Positions 33,427 through 45,454 of a stretch of DNA of 64,000 bases are shown in pieces. The stretch is from the NCBI GenBank assembly GCA_965153355.1, contig OZ231126.1, positions 6,820,001-6,884,000 on the forward strand, in the 5' to 3' direction. Within the stretch, counting starts at the first letter, position 1. Each line of letters starts with the position of its first letter. A program made the translations under genes and the position numbers. The stretch is from Flaccisagitta enflata. Lineage: Eukaryota. The notes beneath the pieces are model-generated. The model was not told the origin of the DNA, ran no database searches, and saw only the letters and a program-made list of their open reading frames with translations.

Positions 33427-33795
33427 GACGCACTTTTGAATGGCTAATTATGGCAATAAATTTTTTCAAATTTTAGACTGTGGGAAAACCTTCTGAAATA
33501 CGTGGCTTAAATCTAGTATTTTTGTCTTTTTTGTTTAGAAATAACATTTTATGAAGGGTGATCTTCAAACTAATTAAAGGCTCTGTGACCTCTGGGACCT
33601 GGGGTGGGTCAAAAATGAATGATTTTATTTGAAAATCTTCCTAAAATGTTCCAATTGAAAAGAGTATAGATTATTTTTTGTTTGTTTTTGTATCAGCAAA
33701 TAAACGGCGCATCTTTTTTTTTTTCGCGCGATCGCGTAGTAATTATTTCTCCGTTTTAAGCGCAGTTGTTGTTGTTGTTGCTGTTGTTGTTGTTG

Positions 33796-33869
33796 TTAAA
33801 CGCAGTCGTCCCTTTTAACGTTGGCTGGCCAGTCGCAAATGGAAGAGGCGGGGTTGAACCAAAGACCAG
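33796..33869 (-). CDS. Chitinase terminal exon: C-terminal part of CBM14 (peritrophin-A) chitin-binding domain; untranslated if the exon-9 stops are real
   Basis: ctttgacag|CT GGT CTT TGG... = GLWFNPASSICDWPANVKRDDCV*. Joined to exon 9 it reads KCTAGLWFNPASSICDWPANV, the CxxGLxFNPxxxxCDWP end of CBM14. Confidence 0.85.
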
Positions 33870-34705
33870 CTGTCAAAGGGAAATGACGACAAGTAAAGTT
33901 TGTGAGTTGTGGGGGCATGAGGCGGGGTTGAACCAAAGACCAGCTGTCAAAGGGAAATGACAACAAGTAAAGTTAGTGAGTTTTGGGGGCATGAGGCGGG
34001 ATTGAACCAAAGACCAGCTGTCAAAGGGAAATGACAACAAGTAAGGTTACTGAGTTGTGGGGGCATGAGGCGGGGTTGAACCAAAGACCAGCTGTCAAAG
34101 GGAAATGACAACAAGTAAGGTTACTGAGTTGTGGGGGCATGAGGCGGGGTTGAACCAAAGACCAGCTGTCAAAGGGAAATGACAACAACTAAGGTTAGGG
34201 AGTTGTGGGAATGTGGGGGCATGAGGCAGGGTTGAACCAAAGACCAGCTGTCAAACAAAATGACAACAAGTAAGGTTAGTGAGTTGTAGGGGCATGAGGC
34301 AGGGTTGAACCAAAGACCAGCTGTCAAAGGGAAATGACAACAAGTAAGGTTTGTGAGTTTAGGGGGCAAATGGAAGATGGGGGGTTGAACCAAAGACCAG
34401 CTGTCCAAAGGAAATGACAACAAGTAAGGTTTGTAAGTTTGGGGGGCATGAGGAGGGAAATGACAACAAGTAAGGTTTGTGAGTTTAGGGGGCAAATGGA
34501 AGATGGGGGGTTGAACCAAAGACCAGCTGTCAAAAAGGGAAATGACAACAAATAAGGTTTGTGAGTTTAGGGGGCAAATGGAAGATGGGGGGGGGGGTTG
34601 AATCAAAGACCAGCTGTCAGAAGGAAATGACAACAAATAAGGTTAGTGAGTTTAGGGGGCATGAGGGGGGGGAATAAGGTTAGTGAGTTTAGGGGGCATG
34701 AGGGG
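33845..34705. repeat. 74-bp minisatellite made of intron 3' end + first codons of the CBM14 exon
   Basis: Minus-strand unit ...ctcactaaccttacttgttgtcatttccctttgacag|ctggtctttggttcaaccccgcctc; ~11 units, degenerating away from the exon. Confidence 0.95.
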
Positions 34706-35048
34706 GGAGAAAAGGAGACAGGGAAGCAAGGGAAAATTGTGGTCAGCGATACCCATTGCCCTGCTTTGCATGATTGTGAATTTGAGTGTGGAAAAGCTGG
34801 ACAGCGGCCCCAAAGGGAACTGATTGAGGGCCCTTAAGAGCCTGAAGGAGAGTGAATAACAAGTGGCAAGTGAGTGGAGGTTTGATAAGACAGAAGAGTA
34901 AAGAAGGAGGACAAAAAGTAGGAGAGGAGAATGAGTAGTGAAGCAAGGTCAGGTGGATATGGTAAGGGGATAAGAGACGGAGAAGGAAAGGATGGGGAGG
35001 CGAGTAAATCAAAGGTCGACACGTAAGAGGGATAAGAAAGGGACAATC

Positions 35049-35714
35049 ATATGAAAAGTGGAACAATATCCCTCACTATACCCAAACTGAAATAAATGGA
35101 AGAGGGCCTTGTGAACCCTCACTGACTAGTTAAATCGCGCACCACTCCTTGTTTTCAATAAAATAGAATCTGAAAAACATTCCCTCTCAATCTAATCCAA
35201 AAACAAACCACTTACCAAAAGTAGTTAGGGCAATTATTGCTACTTTTTTAACCAAAATTTAACAAATCACCCGAGGGTAACATTGTTAGGAAACCATACC
35301 CTTAGAGGATAGAATCGAGGTCAAGCTTAATGCGACTGCCGGACATTCTAATGAGGTACTGAGTAGTATGAAAAGTGGAACAATATCCCTCACCATAACC
35401 AAACTGAAATAAATGGAAGAGGGCCTTGTGAACCCTCATTGACTAGTTAATACGCGCACCACTCCTAGTTTTCCATAAAACAGAATCTGAAAAACATTCC
35501 CTCTCAATCTATTCCAAAAACAAACCACTTACCAAAAGTAGTTAGGGCAATTATTGTTACTTTTTTAACCAAAATTCAACAAATCACCCGAGGGTAACAT
35601 TGTTAGGAAACCATACCCTTAGAGGATAGAATCAAGGTCAAGCTTAATGCGACCGCCGGACATTCTAATCCAAGGTACTGAGTAGTATGAAAAGTGGAAC
35701 AATATCCCTCACCA
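35049..35714. repeat. ~318-bp tandem duplication within the last chitinase intron
   Basis: atgaaaagtggaacaatatccctcac recurs at ~35051, ~35368 and ~35687; a related fragment is at 51072-51195. Confidence 0.9.
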
Positions 35715-35948
35715 TGTCTCATATGTCTACTGTCATTCAATTTTCACCAGAGCACTAAAAGAATCTAATCAAATAACCTTCTTCACCTGGTTTTTGATCT
35801 TCACGGTTTTAGTGTGTTGAATTAAGGCAAAGCAGTTTCCCTAAACAATTAAATTTGACTCCTCACTGGCGTGGATGATTGGACCAAACTTTTCATCTGT
35901 ATTATTAGACCTGACCTTGTACCTGAACAACCAAATATGAGTCCTTAC

Positions 35949-36060
35949 CTGTACACTTAGATCAAAGTCAAGCGTCGCCGCCGCCTCCCGGGCTTTCAGT
36001 GACGGTCGGGTCGTCAGTCACCACGCCTCCAGTAACAGTTGATTCAACCGGACCAACGCC
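35949..36060 (-). CDS. Chitinase exon 9: T/S/G-rich linker, first stop TGA at 35968-35970, then CBM14 remnant
   Basis: tttcag|GVGPVESTVTGGVVTDDPTVTESPGGGGDA*L*SKCT(G)|gtaagg; the other two frames close early; the donor is phase 1. Confidence 0.8.
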
Positions 36061-36129
36061 CTGAAATTTTCAGTGATTGTTTGAACAAAATTGGATACTA
36101 ATTCACACCCAAAATCGCGCGAATACTTG

Positions 36130-36472
36130 CATATCTTGCATATCTTGCATACCTTGATTAGCATATTGTGACTGGTGGTAAGGAGTGGATTTTTCGCTCA
36201 TCTTGATTAACATGTTGTGAGGAGTGAATATTGACCTACCTTGATTAGCATATCGTGAATTGTAGTGAGGATTTGATATTGACCTACCTTGATTAACTTA
36301 TTATGAATTATAGTGAGGACTGGATATTGACCTACCTTAATTAACATATTGTGAATTGTGGTGAGAAGTGGATATTGACCTACCTTGATTAACATATTGT
36401 GAATTGTGGTGAGAAGTGGATATTTACATACCTTGATTAACATATTGTGAATTGTGGTGAGGAGTGGATATT
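36130..36472. repeat. 48-bp tandem repeat of the exon-8 3' end + donor site
   Basis: Unit encodes YPLLTTIHNMLIK|V(G/C)(Q/K); an AAG|GTAGGT-type donor recurs; ~7 copies. Confidence 0.92.
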
Positions 36473-36541
36473 TTCCTTGTTCACAGAATTTTCCAGAAAA
36501 GTCATCCAAGTCAATTGCCCAAATCATTGCACCTCCAAGAC
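36432..36541 (-). CDS. GH18 chitinase coding exon 8
   Basis: cttag|GLGGAMIWAIDLDDFSGKFCEQGKYPLLTTIHNMLIK|gtatgt; contains the GGAMxWxxDLDD motif; phases 1->0. Confidence 0.95.
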
Positions 36542-37099
36542 CTAAGAAACATTTGAATTATCAACCTCAATCTATATATACTACTTGACTCAATAAAAAA
36601 CCGCACTTTTTCAAGGCAAATTATCATATCAATTCACAAAGACTAATTAAAATCTTATACCGATAGAAAGCTCTTAAAAAGATCTTTTATTTGGTTCCAA
36701 TCTTACAATTCTAGCTTTTTTCTTTTTGCAATCCCATTTAAAAAATGAGCATTTTTACAAATTAGAAGATCACTTTGACAAGCTCTAGCTCCTAAACCGT
36801 TTGAAATACAGATCTGAGATTGATCTAGAATGAAAAAATAAATGAAAATCTTTGAAGTCAGATCATTAGAACAAAGTTTGTTTGATTTTTTTTTCCTTTG
36901 CCATCAACTCACTTTTTTTTTTTGGTCGTGTAGGGAAATGGGAAAATGTTTCTTTTTTTCTCTTTTTTTTCTTTATAGGATAGAACATTATTCCCCCTTA
37001 GACAGACTTGTTGGTCCACTGCTTAAAATCGATCCAAACGGGATTTCACTGTTTGCAAAATCGTGCCATAGATGCTTCCATAACAAGATTTGACTGTAC

Positions 37100-37303
37100 C
37101 TATATATTTGATGTAATCCAACTTGGTAGCGAGTGTTTGAGTATTGTCATAACCAACCCAATTATGTTCCTTGGTGCTGTAGGTGTACATGGCTTTGTGT
37201 TCCGGATGATATTTGACGGTGTAACCGCGTTTGATGTAGTCGCAAATCTCGTAATAAGCCACTAATCCAGCTTCACCAGTAAACTCGCCTTTGGTACCCG
37301 CAC
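37100..37303 (-). CDS. GH18 chitinase coding exon 7 (chitinase insertion domain)
   Basis: ccag|GAGTKGEFTGEAGLVAYYEICDYIKRGYTVKYHPEHKAMYTYSTKEHNWVGYDNTQTLATKLDYIKYI|gtacag; contains the YYEIC and WVGYD motifs; phases 1->1. Confidence 0.95.
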
Positions 37304-37781
37304 CTGGACAAGGGAAGGGAGTTGTGACAGAAGAGAGGCATGTGAGGGATACGAGATAAGAGCAGGAAGATGATTTGAAGTGATGGTAAAAGACAAGCAT
37401 GGGAGGGATATAGGAGATGAGAGCAGAAAGATGGTTCGAAGTGAAAGTAAAAGACAAGCATGGCAGGGATAAAAGAAAAGAGTGGCAAGAGGGTTCGTAG
37501 TGGTGATGGAAGAAAATAAAGGGAGGAAAAAGAGAAAAGAAAAGGATGATGAGTTTTTAAAGTGAAGGTAGAAGACAAGGATGGGAGAGATAAGAGAAAA
37601 AGAGGAGGTGGGTTCAAACTGGTGGTAAGAGACAAAGATGGGAAGGATAAAAGAAATGAGTAGGGGTGTAACTTGCATAGCTTTAGTTTGAGAAATGACC
37701 ATCTGTTGATGGACCAACGATAATGGTGACAACAATTCCGGTTGACCTAAGTTGCTTGGTAGTTTGAAACTTCTTCCATAC

Positions 37782-37913
37782 CTTGAACATAAGTTCCGGG
37801 GAGTGGGTTCTCGGAAGACCAGCTTGGAAGTTTAAAGCTTCTTCCGTACATTCCCATTCCAACAACCAATTTTCCCGGTGGACATCCACCGCTCAACCAA
37901 ATGTTAATCGCAC
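37782..37913 (-). CDS. GH18 chitinase coding exon 6
   Basis: aaag|GAINIWLSGGCPPGKLVVGMGMYGRSFKLPSWSSENPLPGTYVQ|gtatgg; contains the KLxxGxxxYGRSF motif; phases 1->1. Confidence 0.94.
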
Positions 37914-38509
37914 CTTTAAGTAGGAATAAAGGCAAAGGCAGGATCAAATGATGGAACATAGGCTGGGGCACGTTAGAGTCAGGAAAAGAAACGGGGGCAG
38001 TGTAAGCTTAATTTAGGGCCAACGCTTAACCAAGTATCTTTGGTGAAGAATTTTGCAGTGACTATAGTGTAAATGAAAAGATATAGATGCCATGGATGAA
38101 CGGATGGATTGAATAATGGATGGAAGGACTAATGGACGGACAGACAGACAGAGAGACAGATGGATGGACGGACAGATGGACAGATGGACAGAAGGACAGA
38201 TGGGCGGACAGATGGATGGACGGATGGATGGACAGACAGATGGACGGATTGGCGGACAAACAGTTGGGATGGACAGAATGAGCAAGCAAATTATGAGTGC
38301 AAGGAGGGAGTCACAGGTTGGTGGTTGAGGTAATCGTGAATTTCAAAAGGACGAGTGGCGAATGGCAGAAAAGGAGTGGCAAGTATTGGGTAACAAATAG
38401 CAGCTGATGGGCAACTGGTTACAGGTGAGGGGGAAGTGATGAAGGGGCGCGAGTAGCGAGTGGCTTAAGTTGCGCGCTGCGTCTATGAATGACCACTTTT
38501 GTTTCTCAC

Positions 38510-38636
38510 CCGCGACGTTGAGCTCTCGGTTGGCGCCCCATTCTGCTTTTCTGGGAAAGAGGGCAGTATGGATACCAGCAACATGCTCCCAAGAACCGTG
38601 CAGGTCGTAACTCATCAGATTGATGAAGTCTAACGC
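38510..38636 (-). CDS. GH18 chitinase coding exon 5
   Basis: tcag|ALDFINLMSYDLHGSWEHVAGIHTALFPRKAEWGANRELNVA|gtgag; contains the MxYDLHGxW motif; phases 0->1. Confidence 0.96.
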
Positions 38637-38637
38637 C

Positions 38638-38733
<96 letters not shown>

Positions 38734-38989
38734 CAGACAAACAGACAGACAGACAAACAGAGAGGCCGAGAGACAGAGTGACGGAGACTGAGAGGGGAAC
38801 CAAAAAACAAAAGTCGCAAAAGCATTAGGGGTCAGCGATACTCGTGCTCAACTGTACTTCACTTCTAAAAGCGGTGTATTTCTATGTTGGCAACAAGGCA
38901 GCTACACTCTAAGGCATGGTCCCTTGAAATGCGCTCTAGTGAGGCTCAACTGTACTTTGCTTCCTTTTTTCTCCATCTTTGTTTCTCAC

Positions 38990-39203
38990 CTCTGCGATCT
39001 TGGGAATTTCGTAAGCTTGTGAGGCGTACCACTTGCCAGCTGCAACGGCGGCTGACAGCAGCAGTGGCTTGTCCAGCTTCTTGTAGGCAGCGCTGAGAGT
39101 CTGTACCAGTTTGGTGAAGGCCTGCTTGTGAGCTGGTTTGCTACCTCGGTCAGGACAACCAGGATACTCCCAATCCAAATCCAAGCCATCGAAATTGTAT
39201 TTA
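38990..39203 (-). CDS. GH18 chitinase coding exon 4 (catalytic motif)
   Basis: ccag|[71 protein letters not shown]|gtgag; intact DxxDxDxE; phases 2->0. Confidence 0.97.
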
Positions 39204-39678
39204 CTGGAGTGAATAAATTAATGAATGAATGGATGAATGAATGAATGAATATATGAATGACTGAATGAATGAGTGACTGAATGGAATATTGAATGAATGA
39301 ATGACTGAATGAATGGAATATTGAATGAATGAATGAATGACTGAATGAATGAATGAATGAATGAATGAATGATTTAATGATTGCTTTTTACAACTTCTTA
39401 TTTTACCCATAAAGGCGACTCTCGCCGACTGGAAAAAAGTTGTAAATGGGAGTCTTTTTTTTTGTGCATGTTCTTCTGTGTGTGTTCATTTTACAATGTC
39501 TGGTTGACTGCTTGTCTGTTTTTAGTCGTGTGCTACGCGACTCTACATCCTGATTTGTCCATCGGTCCGTCGGTTGGTTGGTCGGTCACACTTTACTTTT
39601 TTTATTTGTTTTATCCCTACAAACTCATTTTAGTCAATTAGGTCATTTAAAGTCAAATTAGATCATTTTAGGTCATTT

Positions 39679-39738
<60 letters not shown>

Positions 39739-39964
39739 TGTGTGTGTGTGTATGTGTGTGTGTGTGTCTCTCTTTTTAGTTGCGGACACGCAACTCTATA
39801 AGAGGCTTTGTCCGTCCATCCGTCGGTCGGTCCGTCGGTTGGTCCGTCGGTCGGTCCGTCGGTGAGCACGAGTCAAAAAGTGTGAAAACGCGCATTTCCG
39901 CTCCTGCCCACCCGTCCGCAACTGGTGGCCGTGTATCCGGCCTTGTTTTCTCACTCTCTATCTC

Positions 39965-40115
<151 letters not shown>

Positions 40116-41776
40116 CAGATTAAAATATCTAAGTTAGCGTCATAAAAGTTGGAGCCAATTTGCATAACACCTTTACTATTCCCTATTGTTACATAAGGCC
40201 GAAAATTGCGTTCAGTGAAAAATATCGATTTTTGCAAAAAAGCAAAAAAATAAAAAAAGATTCAAAAATTCATAACGCCAAAACTAATGATAGTAGAGAC
40301 TTCTGGTTGGCGCCATTTGAAAGAAAACAAGGCCAGATACACGGCTACCCCAGTCGCGTGCGGGTGGGCAGGGGCCATAATTGAGGTCACTCCATCATTT
40401 GGGCAGGAGCAGTGAGGCCAAAATCCGCAAAAACCCAAAAAAAGTAAAGTGTGACGGACGGACGGACGGACTGACGGACGGACGGACCGACGGACCAACA
40501 AAGCGGGGTGTAGAGTCGCGTAGCACGCGACTAAAAATTAGTTCTTTCTTAGCTGTGAATGTCAAAAAAGGCATCATCCCAGCCCCAAAATGGCTCAACT
40601 TCAAAAAATAGACCACAAATCCAAAATGGAAAATTTTATTTCTCCCCTACGTTTCAAAAAGTTGAATTACGTAAATCGACTTTTTTCCAATCATGATTTA
40701 ATGAATGAATGAATGAATGAATGAATGAATGAATGAGTGAATGAATGAATGAATGAATGAATGAAAAAAAGTAATGGCCAAACAAGGTCATAAGACGTAA
40801 GTCGCGTGCGTCGGCATTTTCAAAATAAAGTCAGACAAACTTTTTTTTTCTTTTTCAAAAAGATATTTAAAACGGCTGTTTACTTCTCCAAGTTAATTCT
40901 TTACTATTCCGAGACACAAAAAAAAGTTAAACAGCATTTAAAATGACTTTGTGACCAACGGAAGGACTTACCAACTGACGGACCGAAATGTGGCATATTC
41001 TATCTTGGAAAAAATAAAAGTCCAGGACGTTTTGTCATATTATAGCTTTGATGTACATGATTTGATATGAAAATTGGTGACCAAAATGAAGCTATTAAGA
41101 AGGGCTGGCAAATGATGCAAAGCTGAGACTCATTGGGTTGTTTGTTTAGATTTTATATCAAAATAAGTGTAAGTGTTGATTTCAGGAAATGGGCATAAAA
41201 GTTACACATTTTGTCACAGTGTCGATTCATAGCTCTATCGGTTTGGATTCTACATCAAAAAGAGTAAGAATGTTAATTCTCAGAAACTGTAAAAAAAATT
41301 GTGTAGAGGTACTTCACTTCAAAATAGCATTATACTCTTTATCAAGACATACCCTTTCAGATGCAAGCGGTTTCTAAACTCTAACAAGGCTGGATACACG
41401 GCTACCCAAGTCGCGTGCGGGTGGGAAGGGGCCATATTTGAGGCCTCTGCATTATTTGGGCAGGAGCAGTGAGGCCAAAGACCGCAAAAACCCAAAAAGA
41501 GTAAAGTGTGACGGATGGACCAACGAACGGACCAACGGACCAACGGACCAACAAAGCGGCTTGTAGAGTCGTGTAGCACGCGACTAAAAAGGTTATTCTA
41601 AATACTGGGCTGATGAAAATGGTCATTATTTTATCAGATTTGAAATCAAACCATTCCCTTATCCAGCTTGGACTTATATTTTGTCCAAGATAGAAGAGTC
41701 GCATAGAAAGATTGAAAGGAAGAGAGAGAGAAAAAAAGAAAGAAAGAAAGATAGAGAGAAAGAAAGAAAGAAAGAG

Positions 41777-41839
<63 letters not shown>

Positions 41840-41844
41840 AAAAA

Positions 41845-41916
<72 letters not shown>

Positions 41917-43228
41917 AAAAAAAGAAAAAGGAGCAGAGCAACAGAGCAACAAATAAAGAAACAAAAAAAGTAGAAACAAAGAAATAAAGAAACAAAGAAA
42001 GGTTGAAACAACGAAACAGGAACTGAGAAATAGTCGCAAAAGCGTTAGATGGTCAGCGGTACCCGTTGCCCCTATGTGAGTGTATGTGGGTGTAAGGTGG
42101 TTAGAGGGGCAGCGGCCCCGAAGGGGCCGATGACCTATGCTGTTGTTATTTGGGCCTCAAGGATGGAATTAGGACCTGGAGGCTGGGATTTGAGTGCAGA
42201 GGCGGGGATTTGAGCCTCGTGGCTGAAATTTGAGCCTCCAGACTGGGATTTGAGCCTCGAGATTGGGATTTGAGCCTCAAGGCTGGGATTTGGGCCTTGA
42301 GGCTGGGATTTGGGCCTTGAGGCTGGGATTTGGGCCTTGAGGCTGGGATTTGGGCCTCGAGGCTGGGATTTGGGCCTCGATGCTGGGATTTGGGCCTCGA
42401 GGCTGAGATTTGGGCAACGAGGCTAAGATTTGGGCCTCGAGGCTAGGATTTGGGCCTCGAGGCTGGGATTTGGGCCTCAAGGCTTGGATTTGGACCTTGA
42501 GGCTTGGATTTGGGTTTCGAGGCTAGGATTTAGGCCTCAAGGCCGGGATTTGGGTCTCGAGGCTAAAAGCGGGGGGGGGGGGTACGAAGAAGGAGAAGGA
42601 GAAGAAGGAGAAATTTCTCCTGTGTGAAAGCATAGGTCATCGGCCCCTTCGGGGCCGCTGCCCAAAAAGGAAGAGAACAATAGTCGCAAAAGCGTTAGAT
42701 AGTCAGCGGTACCTGTGCCCCACTTAAGTAGGTTAGGTTTGAAGTTGAGTGAGGGAGCAGAGCAGTGGCCCCAAGGGGGTTGATGACCTATGCTTTCACA
42801 TATATGGGGAATTTTCTCCTCCTAGCAATTGAGTTTTGGGCCTTGAGGCTGGAACTTGGGCCTTGAGGCTGTGATTGGGCCCTGAGGCTAGGAATTTGGA
42901 CCTTGAGGCTGTTATTGGGCCTCGAGGCTGTGATTGGTCCTCAAGGCTGTGATTAGGCCTTGAGGCTGTGATTGGGCCTCGAGGCTCTGATTGGGCCTCA
43001 AGGCTGTGATTGGGCCTCGAGGCTATGATTGAGGCCTAAAGGATGGAATTTGGGCTTAAAGGGAGGGCATTGGATTGGGATTTGGGCATCAAGGCTAAAA
43101 CTTGGGCTTTGAGGCTGAGATTTTGGCCTTGAGGCTTGGATTTATATCTCAAGGATAGGATTTAAGCCTCGAGGATGGGATTTGGCACTAGAGGATAACT
43201 ATGGCAAAAAAAAAAAGCGAACAGTTAC

Positions 43229-44014
43229 TTTTTGGGCAGCGGCCCCGAAGGGGACGAAGTCCTGTAGAACACAGGGGGAATCTGTCCGTCCGTCCGTCCG
43301 TACGTCCGTACGTCCGTACGTCCGTCCCCCCCCCGCCCCATTCTCAGGGCTTTGTCTTCTTTGGAGTGCAAATCCAAGCAAAATGGCCCAAATCCAAGCA
43401 AAATGGCAAAATCCAAGCAAAATGGCTAAATTCTGGCTAGAAAACCTGAATTTTGGTCAAAATTCAATCATTTTGGCCCCTAAGATCTAGATCCTGGTTT
43501 CTTATACCCAGATTCTGGCCTCTAAAACCCTAATCCTAGCCTCAGAGATCTAGATCTTGCTCTCTGTGACCCAGATTCTGGCCTCCAGGACCCAGGACCT
43601 GGCCTCAAGGCCCTAAATCCTGGCCTCAGAGACCCAAATCCTGGCCTCAGAGACTCCAACCCTGGCCTCTGAGACCCAGATTCTGGCCTCAGAGACCTAG
43701 ATCCTGGCCTGCTCCCCCCCTCTACTTAACCTACAAACTTCTCAAGAAGAGCAGGGGTACCCTTGTCCATATACTGCCTTTTGTCATTTCTCCATGTAAT
43801 TCAATGAGAGTTTGAATAACAGGGCTTCCTAGACAGAAGGAAGGCTGAGAGAAGGACGGACGGACGGATGGACGGACGGACAGATTCCCCCTGTGTTCTA
43901 CAGGACTTCGTCCCCTTTGGGGCCGCTGCCCTGCTCCCCCTCAACCTAAATCACATACTACTCAAGCAGGGCACGGGTACCGCTGACCACTTACTGCCTT
44001 TGGGCTGCTATTTT
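43229..44014 (+). mobile_element. Non-autonomous element family B2
   Basis: gggcagcggccccgaaggggacgaagtcctgtagaacacaggggga and its inverted copy, (GTCC)n, internal ~21-bp repeats, tail gggcacgggtaccgctgaccacttactgcctttgggctgctatttt. Also at 59775-60353, a cluster at 55730-57930 (mostly -) and 62033-62280 (partial). Confidence 0.75.
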
Positions 44015-44066
44015 GCTTATAAATCCTTTGAAAATTCACCCAGTGCGCTTAAATTTTTAATGGAGT

Positions 44067-44668
44067 TACTACTTAGGCCATAAAAAACGCAATTTTCTTG
44101 AAAAGACTTGTATTTTTGATAATTTAGCTCTTCAAATCTTTCAAAGAGGGCATGGATGTAAAGGACTAGTATCCATTATGACCCCCTGAGCTGAAGCAGA
44201 TGTCTGAGCCGTATTTGAGTAAGGATTAAAAAGGTTTTGGCAACATGTTCACTCAAAGCTGGATCCCAAATTGAAGTTTTTTAATCAGTCACTTGCTATA
44301 TTTTTCCCATATGCAAGAGGTAGTCAATGTTACCAGGACCTTAATTCTTTTGTAGATATACTCTTTGTTGTTACTAGGGGCAATCATGGAGGGGAAAAAC
44401 GGCATTGGTGACTGAAATTTTTTTGCAGAAACCAATTTAAAAATAGCAAAACGGAAAATGGGCAAATTTCATGTGAGTTTCAGAATGGAACTTTTTCAAA
44501 GATTGACTGATATCTTTGAAACGGCTTATCATAGCCTTTTGGGACTAAGTTTTTTGAACTCCTCACACAAAAACACTTCCGAGATACTTAAGATAGCAGC
44601 ACTCCTTGACCAGTATTGTACCTTTATCCCTGTGCATTGTGATTGCGTTTTTTATGGCCTAAGTAGTA
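44067..44668. mobile_element. TIR MITE, TA-flanked (Tc1/mariner-like)
   Basis: tactacttaggccataaaaaacgcaat ... attgcgttttttatggcctaagtagta. Confidence 0.85.
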
Positions 44669-45074
44669 CTTTTTGGTATCATTAGGCATCACTGAAAAAA
44701 TCGATGTCCTGCTCTAAATAGTTTAGGAGTTATAGACTTTTTAAAAGTGCTTGTCCGATGATCAGAAATTCAACGTACACACATAAGAATTTTTAAAGAA
44801 TGAATAAACAAATTTAAAAAAAACGCACTAAATCTAGTCCGATTTGGATGAAATTTGAAGTGGAAGTAGACCACATTGTTAGCAGGCTGTAGTAAAAATT
44901 TTATAACAAAACTCCGATTGTTTTAGCAGAAACAGCAAATTTTCCAAAACTTTTTTTTTATGGGTTTAAGAATGAAGTTATTGAAGATGAAACCTGAAAT
45001 ATAAAGTGATGCTATGGCCATAGTTCTTTACCGATTATCATAATTTTTTCACTAGTAACTTTTGTACATATGAG

Positions 45075-45454
45075 CAGGCCTGATTTTAGTGATTTTTTTG
45101 ACTGAGCCAGTTGGGCTCGCTCCCCACAATTTGACAGAGCCCGAAAGCGAAACCATGAGCCCGGTAAAAATGTCATACCAAATTTTACAATCATTAGTTT
45201 AGATTTGTAGTAGCAGCTACTGATCATATGATGTTATGATAAAATGATCACTACAAAGATGATTCAATTTGTGAAAAAATCAAAGAGCAACTCAAAACTT
45301 GATGATTTTTCAAATATTTCACTCAATCAGCTTGAGCGCTTTGAATCCATCCCAATGAGAGAGAGCCTGCCGGGCTCAGAGCTTGCAAAACATGAGAGCC
45401 CGAGAGCAAAATAGAGAGCATCGGGCTGGCGGGCTCGCTCTGAAATCAGGCCTG
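45075..45454. mobile_element. hAT-like MITE
   Basis: TIR caggcctgat/atcaggcctg; perfect 8-bp TSD CATATGAG. Confidence 0.88.

Noticed and set aside
35962-35970. In-frame TGAs as selenocysteine or a recoded codon
   Set aside because: Readthrough would still give only half a CBM14, no SECIS could be identified, and no other exon has in-frame TGA (Trp is TGG throughout); deletion or decay is simpler.
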